The position numbers and the translations under genes are program-made. A stretch of DNA of 64,000 nucleotides, taken from positions 29,636,001 to 29,700,000 of the forward strand of contig CM060734.1 of the NCBI GenBank assembly GCA_030704615.1, in the 5' to 3' direction. Shown piece by piece: positions 37,512 to 47,729 of this stretch. The notes under the pieces were generated by a model. That model searched no databases, had not been told where the DNA came from, and saw only the letters and a list, made by a program, of their open reading frames with translations. Source of the DNA: Takakia lepidozioides (lineage: Eukaryota > Plantae > Bryophyta). Every line of letters begins with the position of its first letter. Position 1 is the first letter of the stretch.

Positions 37512-39034
37512 TCGTATCTGTGAGTGCCAGATACGAGTTAGTTGTAGCACTTGTGGTTTTTGCTTGAGAATGAGAGAAACCAGGTTGTTTATGCAAGGAG
37601 CACCGTGGAGCTCTTGGTTGTTAGAAGCGGAGGCGATGTGGGTTACGAGGTGGTAGACCTGGCATTCGATCTTCAGCTTCAGAGATGAAAGCACCATACT
37701 GCAGGTAATTCCAGCACCTTGATGGTTTCAGATTGTGTACATGCATGAGCAAGCACGATTGGGAAAAGGACTAGTCAAGCAGGTTATAGTGGCTTTGGTG
37801 GCAAAGCTGAGAACTGGACTTGGGAATGCGAGCTTTCATTGTGTGAAGGATTGCACGACCAAGCGAAAGGGCTGATTTGGCTTGGGGCAAATCAGTGCAC
37901 TTTGTGGAGTATGTTGAGATTGGGTTTTAATCTCGAGCTTCAGCATTGAGAGGGCTCTTATCATGGCAAAAGCAGGGCTGGAACAGGAGCTAAGAGGTGC
38001 GGCAAGGCCATGGAATGTGCACCTAGGGTTTCAGAGCTTGGAAGAAGAGCTCTTGCACCACAAGAGGAGTGTCTTGTGGCTGGAAATGTAAGCCTTAGGG
38101 TTTCAGGAGCTTGGCAAGGGCTGTGGAGTGCTTAATCTTGTCTTAGAGAGAGCATCAAGGAGCTAAGGAGCCAAGATAGGGGGCTGATACCTCTTGTGTG
38201 AAGAGGTTGCATGTGTGGAGCATGTATTCAGCTCATTGAAGCTTCAATCTTCAAGCTTGGAGGGCAAGCAAGGAAGAGGGAAGGGCTGACTTCCCTTATG
38301 TGAGGGCAATGCATGTGTGGAGCATGCTTTCGGCCTGTTGTTGAAGGCTTGTACTTTCAAGTTTGGGAGTGCAAGAAAGGAAGGAAGGGGCTGGTTTCCC
38401 TGTAGGGCATGTGTGGAGCATGCTTCCAGCCCGCTGAAGCTTGTATTTTCAGGTTGGTGGGTGCAAGAAAGGAAGCAAAGGGGCTGATTCTCTTGTGGTG
38501 AGAGCGGGGCATGTGTGGAGCATGCCTTCAGTCCATTGGGCTTTTGTTTTCAAGCTTTAGAGAACTAGAAGGGAATGTAAGGGGCTGATATGCTCTTATG
38601 TGACAGTCCGACACTTGTAGAGCGTGTTCTAAGTTGGGGTTTCAACCTCAAGCCTAGATAGAGCATGGCTCTTGAAGTGGCAGATGTAGGGGGCTGGAAT
38701 AGGCTCTAAAACAAATGCTATGGCCAAGGAAAACGCTTGAATGAGTGTTCACAATGGCTGGAAATTAGCAAGGCTTGGTTGTTTGCCATTGAGTTTAGTG
38801 GCGTGTTTGGGGAGTCTAAGTGAGAAAGAAGGCTTGGTTTGTGGCAACCATCTTCCTCATGGCTTAGGGCTACTATTGGTGGTGTGTGGGAGCCGAAAGA
38901 GCAAGAATACCTTGCTGATTTCTTCACAGCCGCCATAGCTCGGTGCAAAGAAGCCTAGAGTCCAAGAGACACAAACCCTAGCTTGGCGTGGCTAACCCCT
39001 TGGAGAAATGGCTAAACTGCCATGAGTGGCCATG

Positions 39035-39880
39035 GGGGTGTGAGGGCTGTGAGGGGCTATGACAGGGTGTGCCCGTGGCCTGTGGGGCTATGAGGGCTGT
39101 GACATGTGCCCGTGGGGCTGTGACGGGCTGTGACACCTGTGATGGGCTGTGATGTGGGGCCTTGTGGCCTGTGGGGCTGTGACGGGCTATGAGGGGCTAT
39201 GACAGGCTGTGCCCTATGGCCTGTGGGGCTGTGAGGGCTGTGACAGGCTATGGTGGCTGTGGCCTGTGGCCTTGGGGCTGTGATGGCTGTGGCGGGCTGT
39301 GACAAGCTGTGCCCAGTGGCCTGTGGGGCTGTGACGGGCTGTGATAGGCTGTGCCCTGTGCCCTGTGGCCTGTGGGGCTGTGACGGCTGTGAGGGGCTGT
39401 GGCCTTTGGGGCTGTGACCCCTGTGACCTGTATAGGGCTGTGACAGGCTATGCCATGTGGCCTGTGGGGTGTGGCGGGCTGTGAGGGGCTGTGCGGGCTG
39501 GGACAGGCTGTGCCTGTGGCCTGTGGGGCTGTGACGGGCTGTGGCGGCTGTGACAGGCCTGGCCTATGGGGCTGTGAGGGCTGTGACAGGCTGTGGCCTT
39601 TGGGGCTGTGACCCTGACCTTTGTAGGACTGTGACAGGCTGTGGCCTTTGGGGATGGGCTGTGACAGGCTGGCCTGTGGGGCTGTGACCCTGTGACCTTT
39701 GTAGGGCTGTGACAGGCTGTGCCTGTGGCCTTTGGGGTTGTGATGGGCTATGACAGGCTGTGACAGGCTATGGCCTGTGTGGGGCTGTGACGGCTATGAC
39801 GGCTGTGACCAGTGAGCTGTGTGGGCCTGTGCTGGTCTGTGGTGCCCCGTGTTGACCTGTGGACGGCCTGTGCTGACTCG
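39035..39880 (+). repeat. G-rich degenerate ~10-bp tandem array (GGGCTGTGAC/GGCCTGTG) in the 5' leader of element 1
   Basis: Dozens of ggctgtga/gcctgtgg units. Confidence 0.9.
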
Positions 39881-40746
39881 TGGAGGCACTGGTGGACTGC
39901 CTAAGGACTGGCATGTGGTCTTGAAGGCCGAATTTTGAAGCTCGTGGAGGGCGGTTTGAGGAGTATCTTCATGATATTCCCATGGTCATGCAAGTGAGGG
40001 AAGAGTGGAGAGGAAGAGTTGGGATAAGGGCATGTTGGGTTTAGGCATTGCTTAAGCTTCTCTTCCTCGTAGTTTCCACCCTCTCATTAGGCCAAGACCT
40101 TTCTGTAGGTGGAGGCAAGAGTCAGTCCGGGTTTGGGCTGGGATGTCCTTGCAGGAGCAACACCGTGGAGTTGTTTTTGGTGTCGGGGAGTTGTCGTTCT
40201 GATTTCTTGTGTTTGGATCCCCTCCATACCTGCATGCTTGACTGTGCGCATGCTAGTTTTGTGTGGGCGCTTGTTTTTATAGGTGATTGGTCCGGATTTG
40301 ATCACCGGCCAGTCCTAGAGCATGCTGTCGATGGTGAGGCTGGGGTGATGACCAACCAGACCATCATTGTTTCTCATGTGGTGAGGTTGGATGTGATGAC
40401 CAGCCAACCATAGGAGTGCTTGCGGTGGATGCAGGTACAGGTGTAGGCTATGTTAAGAACTTAGTATTCCAACCATAAGCCGCAACAGGTTCTCTACCCG
40501 GTTACCTTGTGGAGAGGGGGTTAGGGACATGTTCATGACCGGTTTGAGTGTCAACACGAGGTGCCACTAGTTGCTGGGGACAGTGCGGTTCGAGCACTAG
40601 CGATACTAGTGGGTACACGAGACGAGGTGTGCGGTTTAGGCCACCTTCACCTCCTGTGTCTTCTACGGAAGGTTCTGATTCGGATTGTGAATCAAAGGAC
40701 TCATACCGGCGGTGCAAGTTGTTTCTTGCCATTGTTGTGGGACACA

Positions 40747-43100
40747 ATGGAGGAGATGTATGGAGCTACCAAGGGGCCACGAAGGTACTCTGGGGCGGTG
40801 GGCACCATCGAGTTGGATGATTTTATCCAAGAGTTTGATAGTTGGTGTGATTTGCAGCAAATGCGCAATCCACAACTATTTACGCCCTTTCATGGCATGG
40901 AAGGGGTTGTTTCAGCACCTTGAGGGGCCGCCTATGGATGATTACCATGAGTTCAGGCGGGGGCATGAGGTTGAGATCGAGGAGTGGAGGATGTACTGGT
41001 CACCCGACTATGTCTCCATCACTAGGGGCACTAGAGTCCGAGGGCAGTGGCTACACCTGCCGCTGCACCGGCAGCTTCAGCAAGCAGCAGTGGGACTAGT
41101 AGGACTGGTGGTACCGTAGCTACGATGTCCACCCAAGCCACTACCGCACCAGCACCAGTACCGTGCCTGCCTTCAACCCTGTTGTGGAGTTCTTCGAAGA
41201 GTTGAGAGGGAACTACCAAGGGGTGAGGACAGAGAAGTTGCGGAGCTTGCAAGAGTTCCAACGGAAGCCGACTGAGAGCTTGAGGGAGGCTTTCACTCGC
41301 ATGAGGCGCTTGATAAATGTAACCCAAGGGGTTACGGAAGCTCAGGCAGTCCAATTCTGGTATGGGATATTGGACAAGGAGCTGAGGAGAAGGGTGCGGG
41401 ATGCAACTCTCCTACAAGCGGCCCAACCCACCTTAGCAAATGTGTTTTTGCTGGCAGAGCGGATAGAGCTCAACATGGTGGAGGAACGAGTGGTCATGGT
41501 GGGATTTGCTAAGGAGACACCACGGTAGTGGTGCTCCTAGCCAACCACTACCTCAACGTGCTCAAGGCAACAATGGGGCTCAGGTGAAGCTCAGGGAAGG
41601 GCAGAGAGGACCTCAGATGCAGGGGTCTCTCCCTTCATTTGCTGGCCAACAACGGCCGGATGTGGTGTGCTGACATGTGGAGGACCCCATGTCAAGAAGG
41701 ATTGCCCAGAGGGAGGCAAAGGGCCGACACATGCACAGCCTGCACAGTTGCAGTGTGGGCATTGTGGCAAGTACGGGCATGGAGAAGCCCAGTGCTATGG
41801 TTTGCATCCTGAGTTGCGCCCAGGCCAGTTCCAAGGGAACAATGGTGGCGGGGGCGAGGTGGAGCAGCCCAGAGAGGACGAGGTGGCCAGGCACGAGGTG
41901 CAGGCCAAGGGCAAGCTCAACATGGCCAAGGACGCGGAGGTCAGGGTGGTGACCAAGGCATGGCCAACCGGCTTCAGCAGCTAGAGCAGAGGCTCGCTGC
42001 CATGGCACAGCTTAGGTGTACCGGCTCCAAGGCCGGATGGTCCACCTCCTGCTCCTGAAGGAGGAGACTTGGGAGCATGGGATTCATGTGCGGGCAGCAC
42101 TACCACTAGTGAGGGGTGCCACTACCACTACCACTATGTGCGGGGCGGACTACCACTAGTGCAAGTGGAGTCAGCTGCGGCAGTGACTCGAGGAGCAGCA
42201 CGAGTTCCTGAGCCACGAGGTGCGGAGGTGAAGTTGGATCCACAGCGTGGGGAGGCAAGCCGTCAGGCCAGGCTTCCTCAGTCATTCACATTGGCGAGAC
42301 AGTGTCGACGCCGTCCATGGCACCTAGTTCTCGCCCGACTGTTACCGAGGCGGAGGTTACTATGCCATTGGGGAGAGCTACACGGGCAGCACCACTACCT
42401 AGTGTTGCCAAGCTGGGGGCGGCACACAGCTGTGTGCCAGGCTCCATTGTTCTCGGCTACCATGATTGCGACGCCGGGGGTAAGACCAGCTGAGGTGTTC
42501 AGGCTGGCAGCTACACTCTGTGAGAGTGGGGAGGTTACTTCATCTTCTGCGGAGATAGTGGGAGGTGTAGTGCCGGAGGGATCCTCGGATTTGAGGGTCA
42601 AGACTGCCACGGCGGCGCCATGGCAAGCTGCAGCTGCCAGGTTGATGGAGCTGCCAGCTAGGCCAGCCATTGAGCGCGCCATGGTGACACCTGGAGTTGT
42701 CATGTTAGACAACCAGGATGGCATTTTCTGTTTGAGTGGACCGGCAGGCAAGAGGTACCGGCCACTGCGGGTCTTGTTGGACTCGGAGCTCAGCCATTGA
42801 TGCTGGGCAGAGCTGCTATTGCAGGCTTGGGCCTCACGGAGGCGATATGGAGCCTTGTCCTTTCCAGATACAGACGTCTCTGGGAGGATCGGAGCAGGCT
42901 CGGGGCATGACACGGCGTGAGTTGGCTATCAGACTACGGCCGGATCACCCTACAGATGGCTCAGTGATGCGAGCCAAGGCCATTGTGACAGACGCGGTCT
43001 CGTACGATGTCCTGGTTGGTGGGGGCAGTGTTGTACCCCATGGGCTTCACCCTGGATTTTTGGGAGGAGTCAGCTTCCTATAGGCCTGGATGGCAGTCAG
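40747..43100 (+). pseudogene. gag (two zinc knuckles) and aspartic protease of element 1, frameshifted
   Basis: ELDDFIQEFDSWCD, FQRKPTESLREAFTRM, C-x-TCGGPHVKKDC, CGHCGKYGHGEAQC, LRVLLDSG and YDVLVG. Confidence 0.85.
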
Positions 43101-43488
43101 GGGAGGGCCGGCGTGTGCAGCTCCCTGTGACGTTTATAGGAGGAGTTGCGGTTGCCCAGCGAGGCAAGATGCCGACACTAGCAGCATTCACAGTGCAGTG
43201 AGTTGGCCTGGAGAGTTGCTTGAGGGCAACGCTCATTCAGAGGATGTGCCACCTCCGGGAGAGCAGGATGACATGTATGGTATGGCGGAGTTGCCTACCA
43301 TGGTTGCTCAGACTCCATTGTGGGGCACGAGCAAGGATTTGCAGCGGGATGCTGATCGACGGGTGCAACAAGCCTGGGTGGAGGCTTTTGTACCGTCAGG
43401 AGAGGAGGAGAGTGCGGGGATTGCACCAGGACCACCTCAGTTGTCTCCATTGGACACCACACCTATTGTGTGGCAGTATCCGGATGAA

Positions 43489-44440
43489 GGCATTTGTCTT
43501 CTGGACTTGTTTGGCGGGATCAGCACCGGATTGGCTGCTGTGTTACAGGCAGGTGTACGAGTTCGGCGTTACCTGTATGTGGAGAGGGATGAGACTGCAC
43601 GACGCGTTTCACTTCGCATGTTGCTCAGTTGGTGCAGCGGTACCCTGAGTTGTTGCCGGTGTCTGCAGTTCGTGGATATCAGCAGGCCTTGCCAGCAGAC
43701 ATTTCGTTGCTGGGGGCGCAGGATTTGGAGCGGGTTGGCTCCATTGATCTGGTAGTGGCAGGTTGGCCCTGCCAAGGGCATTCATCAGCGGGCATGGCAA
43801 TGGATTGCGAGACTCGAGGTCGGGTCTGTTTTGGGAGATGGTGCGGGTTTTGCGCCACTTGCAGCTTCATCAAGCTGTATCTCCAGCATACATCTTGGAG
43901 AATGTGCCACTGATGGGCGATTCTCGGGCCAGGGTGATGGCCAGTGTGCATCAAGTCCGGTCGTGGCTTGGGTCAGCAGTGTTGCTAGATGCAGCTGCAG
44001 TGGGGTCACGGGCTCATCGTCCACGGTTATGGTGGACTAACTTGATGCCACCGCACTGCTCAAGCGTGCATTTGATGGGGTGCAGCGGCCAGCACACCTC
44101 ACAGTGGATAGCATTTGGACACAGGAGGCAGTCTCAGCGTGTGAGACACGATGACCGTTCGCCTTTGGCAGTGGTCAACAAGGTGGGTCAACCACGAGCA
44201 GCATACCTACACTGCTCAGCTTCCCAGGATCGCATGCTTTCCGGGATAGTGGACCTGGCCTCCTGTGGGATGCTCAGTTGCAGCAGTTAGTGGAGCCTAA
44301 TGCTGACGAGCGTGAGCGGGCAATGGGTTTTACCACTGGTACCACGGCGGTGTCGTCTCTTTCTGAGGCATCACGTCGTCAGGTGTTGGGGCAAGCAATG
44401 GATCTCAATTGCTTGACCTGGATTATCAGCTTGGCTATGG
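43489..44440 (+). pseudogene. DNMT3-like C5 cytosine DNA methyltransferase domain within the pol region, frameshifted
   Basis: Motifs in canonical order: I LLDLFGGISTG, II YLYVERD, IV DLVVAGWPCQG, VI YILENV, VIII AHRPRLWWTNL, IX ERERAMGF, X RRQVLGQAMD. Confidence 0.9.
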
Positions 44441-44894
44441 CTGAGCAACGCAGAGTGCGGAGTACACTTCCCTCGATGGTCTCTCTGCCTACCGAGACGG
44501 TACAGGCAGTGAGTGGGGGCGAGCATGTGAGGACCACGGGTGTAGACATCCATGGCACACGTGGGAGGTGCTCGAGGTTCAGAGGGAGTTGGCAGCCAAG
44601 GCGGCTGTGATGGATGAGGTTGGGGATTCTTCTCGGGTTGAGGAGGTCCTCAAGGATGAGATGATGGGGCAGGATGAGGCCTTGTCATTGACTGAGCAGG
44701 CAGGGAGTACTGCTCAAGAGGTTGCGGCATAGCAACCACGGGACGCGTCCTCTACCTCTAAGTCTGCTGGACTTAAGGTTGCAGTTACGAAGGGCAATTG
44801 GGAGCCTGACATTGGACTATTGTCACTAGAGGAGAGAGACGACGTATACGGCGGTTCCTGAGGCTTACAGAATTGCTTTGCCTCTCGTGCTACG

Positions 44895-46597
44895 GTGGAG
44901 GAGCATGAGAGACATGTTCAGGTTGTGCATCGACCGGGTTTGGTCAATAGGGATGCGGATGGATTGAGTCGCAATCCATGCACGAGCCAGCAGGATGACA
45001 CTGGAGCTCGTGGCATGGTGAGACGGACGAGGAGATGGTGTCGGGATGGCATGCATCTGCCTTTTTGTGTATCTTGGCATCGGAGGTCAGGTTGGACCTA
45101 CAACAGGGATGACTGTAGACGGAGTGTCTGAGGACCCTGAGGCTAGTGATGAGCCAGGTGGTGCCAGAGATATACATGAGGATTCGGTTGTGTTGGACTA
45201 CCTCCGCACTGGAGACACGACAGCTAGTGTGACTGCCAAGGAGAGGGATCGGATCCTGCAACGAGCCAAGAGGTTCAAGTGGGAGGGGATACACCTGCTT
45301 CGAGTGTGGGAGGATGGTCGGGTGAGGATTGTGCCTCACCCCACACAGCGTGCACGGTTAGTGCGGCATGCCCATGAGGAGTTGGGGCATTTTGGAGTGC
45401 GACGCACTCACAGTTTACTGCAGGGGCAGTATTGGTGGCGTGGTATGCATAGAGGTGCAACAGTTTCGTGGCTAGGTGCATGGTGTGTGACAGGGTGCGT
45501 GCTTCATTCAACGCCCCTACACCACAGTTGCATCCTTTACCAATCATGGGATTGGGCTACAGGTGGAGTCTTGACTTCGCAGGACCGTTGCCACTGACTA
45601 TGCGCCACCACAGATATGTGTTGGTGATGGTGGAGCACTTCTCCAAGTGGATTGAGTTGGTTCCATTGCCTGACAAGGCTAGTGAGGGGGCTGCGTATGC
45701 ATTCTTGGATCGTGTGCTTAGCCGATTTGGTGCTCCAGCTGAGGTACTCACGGACCAAGGGAGAGAGTTCTTGGGGGAGTTTCAGGCTTTGTGTGATAAA
45801 GCCTTGATAGACCACCGCACCACTTCTCGGGATCATCCTGAGGCCGATGGCTTGGCAGAGAGAGTTGTTCAGACGGTGAAGAGGGGTTTGCGCAAGTATG
45901 GCTTGCAGAAGGGACACCTAGGAGATTGGGATCTTCAGGTTCCTTGGTTAGCCATGGGCTACAGGTTCAGCAAACAAGCATCACTTGCCTCTTTCTCTTT
46001 GGCCGAGAGCCGGATTTGCCTGCAGCCATTCGTAGGGACACTGCTCAAGTCCTTAACCTTGACGATCCGGACGTGTGGGTACGTGCATGTGATCAGCGTG
46101 CAGAGTTGTTCAAGAAAGTCATGCCCATGGCTTTTGAGAACCTTGCCATTGCACAGCACCGTGATACGTTGAGGTATGCCACTATACGTGGTGGAGGATA
46201 TCGTCCTGGGGTTCGGAGGTTTAGCCCTGGTGACTATGTTTATTTGCAGCAGACTGCTCCTACGACTCTGGATGTTACTGCAGGGCGTGTTATTCTGAGG
46301 GTTCGAGAGGTGTTGCCCTCAGGGGTCCTGATCTTGGAGGGTCGGGATGGCATGACTTGGAAGGACCATGTGCGTAATTGTGCGCCATGTCACCTTCCCA
46401 ATGTCGATGGCAGAGTTGACCCAAACTTGGCAGTGGTACCTGCAGGTTTGAGGTGCATGCTCTGTGGGTCTGCCAAAGGGGCAGCCACCATGCTGGTGTG
46501 TGATCGATGCTCAAGGGGTTGGCATATGGGATGCTTGACACCACCTCTTGAGAAGGTTCCTGACGGAGATTGGTTGTGTCCACACTGCTTGGGATAG
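44895..46597 (+). pseudogene. RNase H tail plus DDE integrase with C-terminal PHD finger
   Basis: VVHRPGLVNRDADGLSR; HEELGHFG...YWWRGM...CMVC; SLDFAGPLP, TDQGREF, GLAERVVQ; CMLC...CDRCSRGWHMGCLTPPLEKVPDGDWLCPHC. Confidence 0.9.
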
Positions 46598-46856
46598 TGG
46601 CAGTGGACATGACTGGAGGCAGCTAACAAGACATGGGAGGCCAAGCTCATAGGAGTCAATACATGAGATCCCAAGCTCAAGTTCACAGGTTGCAAGACGG
46701 CGACTAACGATGGGGCAACTCTTGCACCCGGCCTCTTGATCTATCGAGTTGAGTGTAGTAGGGATAGTGGTGGAGGACTTAGTGAGGCTATGGTCACTAT
46801 CACATCTTGTGGCTACCTGGACTTAGAGGGACCTAAGCACCAGCTAGGGGGGCGAT

Positions 46857-47044
46857 TGTGTGGACTAGTGACTGCCATAGTGGGGCAGCATAGTGGCAGC
46901 CTAGTGACTGACTAGTTGTAGCCTAGTGGTTGGACTAGTGGTGGACTAGTGGTGGACTAGTGATATACTAGTGTGTGGCGTGCACATGTGTTGTGTGGTT
47001 TTGGACAGCGATGTAGTTGTGTAGCGATATGTATGCGCACGACA
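46857..47044 (+). repeat. Repeat B1 (188 bp), preceded by polypurine tract AGGGGGG (46846-46852)
   Basis: TG...CA ends, rich in GGACTAGTG units. Matches B2 (47374-47549). Confidence 0.95.
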
Positions 47045-47046
47045 GC

Positions 47047-47372
47047 TGTCAAGTTATTTTACACTAGTGTGAAACTAGCTAGGAAATAGCTAGCTTTTAC
47101 ATATTGACATTTGGGATTGGCCCAAGTGTCAATCCAGGGGTCAAGGCAGATTTAGGCCCTGGAGTGGTTATCTTCACGGCAAGCGCGGGAGGCTCATCTT
47201 TCTCGAGTTGAGCCTCACCGCGCCTAGCTATGGCGCCGTAGTGTGGATTCCCCATGGCGTGGGGTGCACTTGGCTTGACTTGTATTTGAGTGATGAGGTT
47301 ATATATGCATGAGTTTATGCTTCAGCTTTGTGAGCTCGCATGAGCTTGTGCTTGTATTCTTCTTCTTTATCA
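47047..47372 (+). repeat. Repeat A2 (326 bp)
   Basis: Direct repeat of A1, joined to B1 by GC and to B2 by T. Confidence 0.95.
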
Positions 47373-47373
47373 T

Positions 47374-47549
47374 TGTGTGGACTAGTGACTGCCATAGTGG
47401 GCAGCATAGTGGCAGCCTAGTGACTGACTAGTTGTAGCCTAGTGGTTGGACTAGTGGTGGACTAGTGATATACTAGTGTGTGGCGTGCACATGTGTTGTG
47501 TGGTTTTGGACAGCGATGTAGTTGTGTAGCGATATGTATGCGCACGACA
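47374..47549 (+). repeat. Repeat B2 (176 bp), right terminus
   Basis: B1 minus one 11-bp unit and one G. Followed by the TSD ACTC. Confidence 0.95.
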
Positions 47550-47729
47550 ACTCTCTCTATCTCTCCCTCCAGACGAAAGGAATTCAAGGTCAGATGGTTG
47601 GGTCAGCTGCAATGTAGGACTAAAAACACATACCCTAAGTTAATCGACTCTATCTTGGAAGCAGGATTGCCCTGTCAAACAGGTTAAGTCCTGGCGGAAG
47701 AAACGGTTTTCAAGGATTTGATTCTGAGT

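Larger units (their letters stand above)
37169..47549 (+). mobile_element. Ty3/gypsy-like retrotransposon (element 1) with split direct repeats A-int-B-A-B, DNMT3-like methyltransferase and PHD-integrase; RT/RNase H deleted
   Basis: TGTC...GACA termini. TSD ACTC at 37165-37168 and 47550-47553. Repeats and domains are listed separately. Confidence 0.9.

Noticed and set aside
40087-40305. Antisense ORF similar to ORF 61203-61469
   Set aside because: Starts, lengths and indels differ. The similarity is explained by DNA conservation of the block, with no evidence of coding.
37169-47549. Calling element 1 a DIRS/PAT/Ngaro element because of its split repeats and methyltransferase
   Set aside because: I found no tyrosine recombinase. 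It has a DDE integrase, aspartic protease, PPT and TSD, and its methyltransferase is C5-cytosine type, not the DAM-like adenine type typical of DIRS.
46857-47549. B-A-B as a separate small TRIM-like element or solo-LTR insertion
   Set aside because: There is no TSD around B1..B2 or around A2 (junctions are GC and T). The PPT abuts B1, and the only TSD spans A1 to B2.
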